A stretch of DNA of 62,184 nt, counting the filler, from Nemertoderma westbladi (Eukaryota > Animalia > Xenacoelomorpha): assembly GCA_032718475.1 (NCBI GenBank). It is 3 parts of 3 records of this genome, joined end to end, with 100 filler letters (N's around TTAATTAATTAA, not from the genome) between each part and the next. Parts side by side here need not be neighbours in the genome. Positions count along the whole stretch, not along the records: positions 1 to 23,219 come from JAUCBJ010003331.1; 2 more parts are not named here. The stretch is one strand, 5' to 3'. A model generated the notes under the pieces. The model was not told the DNA's origin, made no database searches, and saw only the letters and a program-made list of their open reading frames with translations. The stretch's first letter is position 1. Each line of letters begins with the position of its first letter. Both the position numbers and the translations under genes were made by a program. This document shows positions 1 through 12,524 of the stretch, in pieces.

Positions 1-370
1 CCGAAATAATTAACGGTGAAGGCGTACATACAAAAGGTACAAGAACCGAAATAATTAACGGTGAAGGCATACATACAAAAGGTACAAGAACCGAAATAAT
101 TAACGGTAAAGGCGTACATACAAAAGGTACAAGAACCGAAATAATTAACGGTGAAGGCGTACATACAAAAGGTACAAGAACCGAAATAATTAACGGTGAA
201 GGCGTACATACAAAAGGTACAAGAACCGAAATAATTAACGGTGAAGGCATACATACAAAAGGTACAAGAACCGAAATAAATAACGGTGAAGGCGTACATA
301 CAAAAGGTACAAGAACCAAAATAATTAACGGTGAAGGCGTACATACAAAAGGTACAAGAACCGAAATAAT
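1..370. repeat. 45-bp tandem repeat (about 8 copies, runs off the window start)
   Basis: Unit CCGAAATAATTAACGGTGAAGGCGTACATACAAAAGGTACAAGAA recurs every 45 nt. Confidence 0.95.
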
Positions 371-625
371 TTCACAAAAAAAAATTGCGACCAGTCGTCC
401 AGGGGAACGCCACACCCAACCTAAAATAGGCTTTAACACCACACCCCCCCCCCCCCCCCAACTGTAAATCCCCCCCCCCCCCCCCCCCAACTGTAAATAG
501 TGGAAGGGAAATTCAAACTGTACCGTGCTGCAGAATACAATGGATGCCAATATACTACAAACACTAAAGTGACTGACAGATGCCGGTTGCGCCTTTAGCT
601 TTATTACATATTAATAATAATTTCA

Positions 626-998
626 GCAGCAGCTTGATCTAGTGGTGACATTCATGGGCTTCCAATTAGGAAGACCTGGTTCGATCCCTAGATAGGGCAG
701 CATTGTTTCGGTACAGTGCCTTAATATCTGCAGCCTAGCCCAACACTGGCTTTCATCCTACAGTAGTTGATAAATGGGAACCAAAACCCAAGGCAACTTG
801 GGAAACAGAGGGAAGGGTTTACTATTGAAAATCAGTCATGGTGGTGAACAGGCATTCCTTTAGGAAACAGAGTGGAAGTGTTTACTGTGGAAGATTACCC
901 ATGGTGGTGAACAGGCATTCCTTTAGGAAACAGAGTGGAAGTGTTTACTGTGGAAGATTACCCATGGTGGTGGTGAACAGGCATTCCTAGGCTTAAAT
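626..998 (+). mobile_element. tRNA-Gly-derived SINE (family A) with triplicated 3' module
   Basis: A-box-like TGATCTAGTGG, CTTCCAA anticodon-loop remnant, B-box GGTTCGATCCC, central CTTTCATCCT...GATAAATGGGAACC; an about 62-bp 3' module occurs three times; a second copy lies at 52155-52395. Confidence 0.8.
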
Positions 999-1607
999 AA
1001 TTTTATTTTGGTTTTGTACATCTAATCAATACAACATTACCAGCCCCCTCCCTCCCCCTTCTCATCCCTACAGCAGCACCTCAATATGAAATATTTTCAA
1101 TATATTTCCCACCTCACCCCCTTTGTACAGCCTTATTATGCAGCCGTATACTTTTTTATATGACAAAATATTATGTGTTCGGAACTTAAATTTTAAATGG
1201 ATTGTTTTCATGTTAATCGATTATAATACACCTGCTTTCTCACTCGTAACTCAATGACCAAACCGCAAAAATTATGATTCCGGTTACGACCTGCTAGTTA
1301 ACGAAAGGAAGTTTATACAACAAATATTAATAGAACAAAATTAATTAAATTCATAACAATGGCACTATGATTATCTAAATATTAGTATTAATTGAGATAT
1401 CTTAACAAAAATAATACATGCGTAGCGTACAGACAAATGCACAAACATTGTTTTCACAATAACTTGAGAGCTGATCTACATACGCCATTATTGTTATTAT
1501 CGTAGTTGATTGAAAGTGACACCCCCCCCCCCCCATCCCCCTATCACAGTTTGTAAATAAATATAATGAACTAGACTTTCAATTAAATTACTTGTTTATG
1601 ACAGTGA

Positions 1608-1937
1608 TCCACTGGGAAGGCCCATGAGTCGTAAGTCATTTGTTAAAAAATATAAGAAGCGTCTCACACACACCATACTTCCACCCAAAGTAACCAATCA
1701 CAATCCTGCACCTGCAGCCTGCCATAAGTTATGAGTCGTAAGTCAAAAGGACTAGGGACATAATAGGGGCTAATAGTAGGGACTAGGGGCATTGTTAATT
1801 TTTAATTTTGTCGATTGTGTTCTGTTCCGTTTTTACTTGACCGACCATTTTATACAATAATAGCCGCCGGGGCCTCAAGCCGGTAATTTAATAAAATAAT
1901 CACTTCCGACTCATGAGTTATAACTTTCCAGTGGAGT
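1608..1937. mobile_element. MITE-like element with imperfect terminal inverted repeats
   Basis: Left TCCACTGGGAAGG..CATGAGTCGTAAGT matches the reverse complement of right ACTTCCGACTCATG..CTTTCCAGTGGA; no clear TSD. Confidence 0.55.
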
Positions 1938-2615
1938 GGAGCATGGGCCAAGGAGAAAATATCGAAGGTCATAGCCGAGGGGATTTGCATGACACATTGA
2001 TTTACACTGTGGAGGTAATATCGTAACAAACATATATATATAAAGGGTTAGGGGGATACAACTGCATATCTAAAGTACTCGATATAAAATATCGAGTATT
2101 CTGACAAGATACCGGTTGCGATATTAGTAAACCCAACCCATGGGTCCACGTCATGAGTCAGTGAAACTGAGTCACGTATTATGTCTATAGGTGTACGAAG
2201 CGAGCATAAAGATACGACGAGTCCGTATCAATACATTCACTTCTGTTTTATTTAATAATTAATATTTCATTAACACCCCAAACCCAAATGATCAAAATTA
2301 TTGATATACTTAAGATATTATTATCCAGTCTAAATACGCAACACATACTCGCAATGCAATGAGAAACAATGCAATACAAATGCAATACAAATGCAATATA
2401 AACAAACTGTTACTTTTTCGACAGTGGGGTACACTAACATGGCAGTGTACCTCGCAAGTCGGAAAACTTTAGTTTAGCAAAGCATTTTACATGGCTTTCA
2501 CGAGCTAGCGGTAAGAAAATTGATATAAACAATATATATATTATATATTGTGACGTCATGCACGCGTGACTTTGGAAAGTTGGAAAGAATATAAGATAGA
2601 TTCTATTAAATAATA

Positions 2616-3101
2616 CGAATAGTGCAATCTAGGAGTACTACGCGAATAGTGTAATCTAGGAGTACTACGCGAATAGTGTAATCTAGGAGTACTACGCGAA
2701 TAGTGTAATCTAGGAGTACTACGCGAATAGTGCAATCTAGGAGTACTACGCGAATAGTGTAATCTAGGAGTACTACGCGAATAGTGTAATCTAGGAGTAC
2801 TACGCGAATAGTGTAATCTAGGAGTACTACGCGAATAGTGTAATCTAGGAGTACTACGCGAATAGTGTAATCTAGGAGTACTACGCGAATAGTGCAATCT
2901 AGGAGTACTACGCGAATAGTGTAATCTAGGAGTACTACGCGAATAGTGTAATCTAGGAGTACTACGCGAATAGTGTAATCTAGGAGTACTACGCGAATAG
3001 TGTAATCTAGGAGTACTACGCGAATAGTGCAATCTAGGAGTACTACGCGAATAGTGTAATCTAGGAGTACTACGCGAATGGTGTAATCTAGGAGTACTAC
3101 G
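2616..3101. repeat. 27-bp tandem repeat (about 18 copies)
   Basis: Unit CGAATAGTGTAATCTAGGAGTACTACG; explains ORF 2556..3119. Confidence 0.95.
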
Positions 3102-3191
3102 ATAGATATAATAGAGCATCCTAGATGCTTTAAAAAAACACTATGGAGAATATAATTTTATTCCACAATTAATTGATAATATACTTTATTT

Positions 3192-6100
3192 ACGCTGTAA
3201 CAGAGCGTGACGCTGTAACAGAGCGTGACGCTGTAACAAAGCGTGACGCTGTAACAGAGCGTGACGCTGTAACAGAACGTGACGCTGTAACAGAACGTGA
3301 CGCTGTAACAAAGCGTGACGCTGTAAGAGAGCGTGACGCTGTAACAGAGCGTGACGCTGTAACAGAGCGTGACGCTGTAACAGAACGTGACGCTGTAACA
3401 AAGCGTGACGCTGTAACAGAGCTCGTGACGCTGTAATAGAGCGTGATGCTGTAACAGAACGTGACGCTGTAACAAAGCGTGACGCTGTAAGAGAGCGTGA
3501 CGCTGTAACAGAGCGTGACGCTGTAACAGAGCGTGACGCTGTAACAGAACGTGACGCTGTAACAAAGCGTGACGCTGTAACAGAGCTCGTGACGCTGTAA
3601 TAGAGCGTGATGCTGTAACAGAACGTGACGCTGTAACAAAGCGTGACGCTGTAAGAGAGCGTGACGCTGTAACTGAGCGTGACGCTGTAACTGAGCGTGA
3701 CGCTGTAACTGAGCGTGACGCTGTAACAGAACGTGACGCTGTAACAGAACGTGACGCTGTAACAGAACGTGACGCTGTAACAGAGCGTGACGCTGTAACA
3801 GAGCGTGACGCTGTAACAGAGCGTGACGCTGTAAGAGAGCGTGACGCTGTAACAGAGCGTGACGCTGTAACAGAACGTGACGCTGTAACAAAGCGTGACG
3901 CTGTAACAGAACGTGACGCTGTAACAAAGCGTGACGCTGTAACAGAGCTCGTGACGCTGTACTAGAGCGTGATGCTGTAACAGAGCGTAATGCTGTAACA
4001 GAACGTGACGCTGTAACAAAGCGTGACGCTGTAAGAGAGCGTGACGCTGTAACTGAGCGTGACGCTGTAACTGAGCGTGACGCTGTAACAGAACGTGACG
4101 CTGTAACAGAACGTGACGCTGTAACAAAGCGTGACGCTGTAAGAGAGCGTGACGCTGTAACAGAGCGTGACGCTGTAACAGAGCGTGACGCTGTAACAGA
4201 ACGTGACGCTGTAACAAAGCGTGACGCTGTAACAGAGCTCGTGACGCTGTAATAGAGCGTGATGCTGTAACAGAACGTGACGCTGTAACAAAGCGTGACG
4301 CTGTAAGAGAGCGTGACGCTGTAACAGAGCGTGACGCTGTAACAGAGCGTGACGCTGTAACAGAACGTGACGCTGTAACAAAGCGTGACGCTGTAACAGA
4401 GCTCGTGACGCTGTAATAGAGCGTGATGCTGTAACAGAACGTGACGCTGTAACAAAGCGTGACGCTGTAAGAGAGCGTGACGCTGTAACAAAGCGTGACG
4501 CTGTAAGAGAGCGTGACGCTGTAACAGAGCGTGACGCTGTAACAGAGCGTGACGCTGTAACAGAACGTGACGCTGTAACAAAGCGTGACGCTGTAACAGA
4601 GCTCGTGACGCTGTAATAGAGCGTGATGCTGTAACAGAACGTGACGCTGTAACAAAGCGTGACGCTGTAAGAGAGCGTGACGCTGTAACTGAGCGTGACG
4701 CTGTAACTGAGCGTGACGCTGTAACAGAACGTGACGCTGTAACAGAACGTGACGCTGTAACAGAACGTGACGCTGTAACAGAGCGTGACGCTGTAACAGA
4801 GCGTGACGCTGTAACAGAGCGTGACGCTGTAAGAGAGCGTGACGCTGTAACAGAGCGTGACGCTGTAACAGAACGTGACGCTGTAACAAAGCGTGACGCT
4901 GTAACAGAACGTGACGCTGTAACAGAACGTGACGCTGTAACAAAGCGTGACGCTGTAAGAGAGCGTGACGCTGTAACAGAGCGTGACGCTGTAACAGAGC
5001 GTGACGCTGTAACAGAACGTGACGCTGTAACAAAGCGTGACGCTGTAACAGAGCTCGTGACGCTGTAATAGAGCGTGATGCTGTAACAGAACGTGACGCT
5101 GTAACAAAGCGTGACGCTGTAAGAGAGCGTGACGCTGTAACAAAGCGTGACGCTGTAAGAGAGCGTGACGCTGTAACAGAGCGTGACGCTGTAACAGAGC
5201 GTGACGCTGTAACAGAACGTGACGCTGTAACAAAGCGTGACGCTGTAACAGAGCTCGTGACGCTGTAATAGAGCGTGATGCTGTAACAGAACGTGACGCT
5301 GTAACAGAGCGTGATGCTGTAACAGAACGTGACGCTGTAACAAAGCGTGACGCTGTAAGAGAGCGTGACGCTGTAACTGAGCGTGACGCTGTAACTGAGC
5401 GTGACGCTGTAACAGAACGTGACGCTGTAACAGAACGTGACGCTGTAACAGAACGTGACGCTGTAACAGAGCGTGACGCTGTAACAGAACGTGACGCTGT
5501 AACAAAGCGTGACGCTGTAACAGAACGTGACGCTGTAACAAAGCGTGACGCTGTAACAGAGCGTGACGCTGTAACAGAACGTGACGCTGTAACAAAGCGT
5601 GACGCTGTAAGAGAGCGTGACGCTGTAACAGAGCGTGACGCTGTAACAGAGCGTGACGCTGTAACAGAACGTGACGCTGTAACAAAGCGTGACGCTGTAA
5701 CAGAGCTCGTGACGCTGTAATAGAGCGTGATGCTGTAACAGAACGTGACGCTGTAACAAAGCGTGACGCTGTAAGAGAGCGTGACGCTGTAACTGAGCGT
5801 GACGCTGTAACTGAGCGTGACGCTGTAACAGAACGTGACGCTGTAACAGAACGTGACGCTGTAACAGAACGTGACGCTGTAACAGAGCGTGACGCTGTAA
5901 CAGAGCGTGACGCTGTAACAGAGCGTGACGCTGTAAGAGAGCGTGACGCTGTAACAGAGCGTGACGCTGTAACAGAACGTGACGCTGTAACAAAGCGTGA
6001 CGCTGTAACAGAACGTGACGCTGTAACAAAGCGTGACGCTGTAACAGAGCTCGTGACGCTGTACTAGAGCGTGATGCTGTAACAGAGCGTGATGCTGTAA

Positions 6101-9100
6101 CAGAACGTGACGCTGTAACAAAGCGTGACGCTGTAAGAGAGCGTGACGCTGTAACTGAGCGTGACGCTGTAACTGAGCGTGACGCTGTAACAGAACGTGA
6201 CGCTGTAACAGAACGTGACGCTGTAACAGAGCGTGACGCTGTAACAGAGCGTGACGCTGTAACAGAGCGTGACGCTGTAACAGAGCGTGACGCTGTAAGA
6301 GAGCGTGACGCTGTAACAGAGCGTGACGCTGTAAGAGAGCGTGACGCTGTAACAGAGCGTGACGCTGTAACAGAGCGTGACGCTGTAACAGAGCGTGACG
6401 CTGTAACAGAGCGTGACGCTGTAACAGAGCGTGACGCTGTAACAGAACGTGACGCTGTAACAGAGCGTGACGCTGTAACAGAACGTGACGCTGTAACAGA
6501 ACGTGACGCTGTAACAGAGCGTGACGCTGTAAGAGAGCGTGACGCTGTAACAGAGCGTGACGCTGTAAGAGAGCGTGACGCTGTAACAGAGCGTGACGCT
6601 GTAACAGAGCGTGACGCTGTAAGAGAGCGTGACGCTGTAACAGAGCGTGACGCTGTAAGAGAGCGTGACGCTGTAACAGAGCGTGACGCTGTAACAGAGC
6701 GTGACGCTGTAACAGAGCGTGACGCTGTAACAGAACGTGACGCTGTAACAGAACGTGACGCTGTAACAGAGCGTGACGCTGTAAGAGAGCGTGACGCTGT
6801 AACAGAGCGTGACGCTGTAAGAGAGCGTGACGCTGTAACAGAGCGTGACGCTGTAAGAGAGCGTGACGCTGTAACAGAGCGTGACGCTGTAACAGAGCGT
6901 GACGCTGAAACAGAACGTGACGCTATAACAGAGCGTGATGCTGTAAGAGAGCGTGACGCTGTAACAGAACGTGACGCTATAACAGAGCGTGACGCTGTAA
7001 GAGAGCGTGACGCTGTAACAGAGCGTGACGCTGTAACAGAGCGTGACGCTGAAACAGAACGTGACGCTATAACAGAGCGTGACGCTGTAACTGAGCGTAA
7101 CGCTGTAACTGAGCGTAACGCTGTAACTGAGCGTGACGCTGTAACAGAACGTGACGCTGTAACAGAACGTGACGCTGTAACAAAGCGTGACGCTGTAAGA
7201 GAGCGTGACGCTGTAACAGAGCGTGACGCTGTAACAGAGCGTGACGCTGAAACAGAACGTGACGCTATAACAGAGCGTGACGCTGTAACTGAGCGTAACG
7301 CTGTAACTGAGCGTAACGCTGTAACTGAGCGTGACGCTGTAACTGAGCGTGACGCTGTAACTGAGCGTGACGCTGTAGCTGAGCGTGACGCTGTAACTGA
7401 GCATGACGCTGTAACAGAGTGTGACGCTGTAACAGCGCGTGACGCTGTAACAGAGCGTGACGCTGGAACAGAGCGTGACGCTGTAACAGAGCGTGACGCT
7501 GTAACAGAGCGTGACGCTGTAACTGAGCGTGACGCTGTAACTGAGCGTGACGCTATAACTGAGCGTGACGCTATAACAGAGCGTGATGCTGTAACTGAGC
7601 GTGACGCTGTAACTGAGCGTGACGCTGTAACAGAGCGTGACACTGTAACAGACCGTAACGCTGTAACTGAGCGTAACGATGTAACAGAGCGTGACGCTGT
7701 AACAGAGCGTGGTGCTGTAACAGAGCGTGACGCTGTAACAGAGCTCGTGACGCTGTAACTGAGCGTGATGCTGTAACAGAGCGTGATGCTGTAACAGAGC
7801 GTGACGCTGTAACTGAGCGTGATGCTGTAACTGAGCGTGACGCTGTAACATAACGTGACGCTGTAACAGAGCGTGATGCTGTAACTGAGCGTGACGCTGT
7901 AACAGAGCGTGACACTGTAATAGAGCGTGACACTGTAACTGTGAGTGACGCTGTAACTGAGTGTGACGCTGTGCATGAGCTTGACGCTGTCAAAGAGCGT
8001 GACGCTGTAACAGAGCGCGACGCTGTAACTGAGTGCGACGCTGTAACTGAGCGTGACGCTGTAACAGAGCGTGACGCTGTAACTGAGCGTGACGCTGTAA
8101 CAGAGCGTGACGATGTAATAGAGCGTGATGCTGTAACATAGCGTGACGCTGTAACTGAGCGTGACGCTGTAACAGAGCGTGACCCTGTAACAGACCGTAA
8201 CGCTGTAACTGAGCGTAACGCTGTAACAGAGCGTGACGCTGTAACTGAGCGTGACGCTGAAACACAGAGCGTGACGCTGTAACTGAGCGTGACGCTGTAA
8301 CAGAGCGTGACGCTGTAACAGAGCGTGACGCTGTAACTGAGCGTGACGCTGTAACAGAGCGTGATGCTGTAACAGAGCGTGATGCTGTAACAGAGCGTGA
8401 TGCTGTAACAGAGCGTGATGCTGTAACAGAGCGTGACGCTATAACAGAGCGTGATGCTGTAACTGAGCGTGACGCTGTAACTTAGCGTGACGCTGTAACT
8501 TAGCGTGACCCTGTAACAGGCCGTAACGCTGTAACTGAGCGTAACGCTGTAACAGAGCGTGACGCTGTAACATAGCGTGACGCTGTAACTTAGCGTGACG
8601 CTGTAACTTAGCGTGACACTTTAACTGAGCGTGACACTGTAACTGAGCGTGACGCTGTAACATAACGTGACGCTGTAACAGAGCGTGATGCTGTAACAGA
8701 GCGTGACGCTGTAACTGAGCGTGACACTGTAACTGAGCGTGACGCTGTAACATAACGTGACGCTGTAACAGAGCGTGATGCTGTAACAGAGCGTGACGCT
8801 GTAACTGAGCGTGATGCTGTAACTGAGCGTGACACTGTAACTGAGCGTGACGCTGTAACTGAGCGTGACGCTGAAACACAGAGCGTGGCGCTGTAACTGA
8901 GCGTGACGCTGTAACAGAGCGTGACGCTGTAACAGAGCGTGACGCTGTAACACAGCGTGACGCTGTAACAGAGCGTGACGCTGTAACAGAGCGTGACGCT
9001 GTAACAGAACGTGACGCTGTAACAAAGCGTGACGCTGTAACAGAGCTCGTGACGCTGTAATAGAGCGTGATGCTGTAACAGAACGTGACGCTGTAACAAA

Positions 9101-10381
9101 GCGTGACGCTGTAAGAGAGCGTGACGCTGTAACTGAGCGTGACGCTGTAACTGAGCGTGACGCTGTAACAGAACGTGACGCTGTAACAGAACGTGACGCT
9201 GTAACAGAACGTGACGCTGTAACAGAGCGTGACGCTGTAACAGAGCGTGACGCTGTAACTGAGCGTGACACTGTAACTGAGCGTGACGCTGTAACATAAC
9301 GTGACGCTGTAACAGAGCGTGATGCTGTAAAAGAGCGTGACGCTGTAACTGAGCGTGATGCTGTAACTGAGCGTGACACTGTAACTGAGCGTGACGCTGT
9401 AACTGAGCGTGACGCTGAAACACAGAGCGTGACGCTGTAACTGAGCGTGACGCTGTAACAGAGCGTGACGCTGTAACAGAGCGTGACGCTGTAACAGAGC
9501 GTGACGCTGTAACTGAGCGTGACGCTGTAACAGAGCGTGACGCTGTAACAGAGCGTGATGCTGTAACAGAGCGTGACGCTGTAACAGAGCGTGATGCTGT
9601 AACTGAGCGTGACGCTGTAACATAACGTGACGCTGTAACAGAGCGTGATGCTGTAACAGAGCGTGATGCTGTAACTGAGCGTGACGCTGTAACAGAGCGT
9701 GACCCTGTAACAGGCCGTAACGCTGTAACTGAGCGTAACGCTGTAACAGAGCGTGACGCTGTAACATAGCGTGACGCTGTAACTTAGCGTGACGCTGTAA
9801 CTTAGCGTGACACTTTAACTGAGCGTGACACTGTAACTGAGCGTGACGCTGTAACATAACGTGACGCTGTAACAGAGCGTGATGCTGTAACAGAGCGTGA
9901 CGCTGTAACTGAGCGTGACACTGTAACTGAGCGTGACGCTGTAACATAACGTGACGCTGTAACAGAGCGTGATGCTGTAACAGAGCGTGACGCTGTAACT
10001 GAGCGTGATGCTGTAACTGAGCGTGACACTGTAACTGAGCGTGACGCTGTAACATAACGTGACGCTGTAACAGAGCGTGATGCTGTAACAGAGCGTGATG
10101 CTGTAACAGAGCGTGATGCTGTAACAGAGCGTGACGCTGTAACTGAGCGTGATGCTGTAACTGAGCGTGACGCTGTAACATAACGTGACGCTGTAACAGA
10201 GCGTGATGCTGTAACAGAGCGTGATGCTGTAACAGAGCGTGATGCTGTAACAGAGCGTGACGCTGTAACTGAGCGTGACACTGTAACTGAGCGTGACGCT
10301 GTAACATAACGTGACGCTGTAACATAACGTGACGCTGTAACATAACGTGACGCTGTAACATAACGTGACGCTGTAACAGAT
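3192..10381. repeat. 18-bp satellite array of about 7.2 kb (about 400 units) with higher-order structure
   Basis: Unit GTGACGCTGTAACAGAGC with recurrent variants and a periodic 20-bp GAGCTC variant; explains all SVTLCY/SRSVTA/LQRHAL ORFs. Confidence 0.97.
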
Positions 10382-12524
10382 AACTGAAGGAAATATTTAA
10401 ACTGTGGATTAAAATTGCTCACAAAAATCATTAAAATGACGAATACAATGTGCGAAAAATATAAATTGCATTTGCAGAAAGGCATTTGAAATTGTTTTGC
10501 ATATTACCGATTGTCTACACAATTCAGTACAGTTTGGAGCATTTATTACACCGGAGTGCTAAGCACCTTTAACGAAGTGCTCACATTGTAGCAAAAGTGC
10601 GAGAAAAATATTGAAAACCAAAAATGTTCAAAAATTATTGACTGTGTGTATATATAGCCTATAATATTGAGTTAAAAATAAATATTTACAAATAAATGAA
10701 GATAAGTAAGGAAAATTAACTGCTGCGAATAATATTCGCATCACTTTATAGTAAATGTTAAAATCACATTTATTCCAATTATATATTATCTACGAACTCA
10801 ACTTCCACGAAAAAAAGTGATTTTAGCACAAAACTAACAATCTTAAAGTTAAATATTGTAGGAGGCCCGGACAATGCTGACCAATACAAAATGTTTTTAA
10901 AAATGGGTCCGTTTGTCCGGGACTCATTTATCCTGATACTGCTTAGGACTGTAACTTTAATATTCTGTAATGAATCATTATTTTATTTATATTTCATATA
11001 ACATAATATGTTTGTTTAATCAAAAGTTTTCACGAGACGACTTCCTGTTGTAGTTGTATTGTCTGTAAACAATCCGCTCCGATTGGCTACAATTAATAAA
11101 CTGTCCCGACATTTATCAACAGTCACAAATCGAGTAGATTTTACAACAAATTTATATTAACCTGCACGTGCCGTGCAGTGCAACTTAATGATTTTACTTT
11201 TTTGTGTTTTATTTTGCTTTGCTTTGACAAATAAATTACCCGGCAAGGGGCTCAACTCGTAAATAAATTAATATAAAATATTGTCCAAATTGTCCTGTTT
11301 CTAATTGCCCTGGTCCCAGTTGTTCTTTTTATAATATTATTATATATATTATATATTTATATATATATTATATATATTATATAGGCCTACATTATAATAT
11401 TGTAATACATCACTTTTTAGGAATACATTGTGGGATATAGAAATTCGAACGTCAGCGAAAATTGATTGAACGCCAGACGATAATTTTTTCTACAATATAC
11501 AAATAGTACTACGGTAGGGGACCAAGAATACACAAAGTCAGCGAAAAAGCAACGTGCGACCAAGAGTGAAAATAGGGTAAACTTTGATCGAACTTTGCGG
11601 AACTCCCACTGAGCGAAATTGGCTGTGACAAGATATTAATTTAAGTCTAATATTTATACATGCTGATAAACAAGATAAATTGAATACAAACTAAAAAAAT
11701 CACTTCTACACCAGAGAAAATATATATATCCTTTTACATAATTAGAATGGGACAGAGCTTGGCTTTTATTATTCGGGTCGAAATTGAAAACTAGGAGGGT
11801 TCCTTAGTATTTTAATTTAACTAACTTATTATTATACATAAAATCTACTTAAGTAAATTTATTGGCTAAGAAACTTTCCTGAAAAATCAATAAGGCTTCG
11901 TTCGAAAGGTGTTCAAAGTTTATGAATGACTTCGCTAACTAATTAGGTGAATTTATATAGTAAAACGAATAGCAATAATGAAATATAAAAAGATTAAAGC
12001 CGAACTAGCAATGAGTCACTGTTAGTGAAAAAATAAACTGTAAACAAATAATACTTTAGCATCGCACATACAACTTAACCCATGCAATGTTGCATACAAT
12101 AGAGTCCATGCGCTGCACCGTAACCGTAAATTAATTGGTTAAATAAGTTACCTAAATGGTTTTTAAAGTTCGTGTAGCTCATTTCGTCTTGCGAAGATAA
12201 TTATTGTGTACAATATCATTAAAATTAAGAAATAATTAACCCATACTTTATTCTTAATTGCCAACCAACTGCCCGAATTTAATACTGAGTAAAACAGATA
12301 AATAAAAGATTCACAAATTTTGTAAGATATCAATTTAACCTAAAAACTTGCGGATATACACTTTACTCACATTATAGTCATATTCATAATTCAATTTATT
12401 AATAACGAAAGGTAATTCCTTATAATTTAATAATAAATATATTTTAACTTTTTCCTAATTTCAAATATATGTTAGGAAAATTTCGCTGATCTTTAACCTA
12501 AAAATGATACATATAAATTAATTA

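Noticed and set aside
626-700. Functional tRNA genes at 626, 18382, 19443, 32385 and 52395
   Set aside because: Stems are degenerate and the sequences continue into SINE bodies; treated as SINE heads
2556-10485. Very long ORFs (up to 1596 aa) on the minus strand
   Set aside because: They are translations of 27-bp and 18-bp tandem repeats that lack stops in several frames
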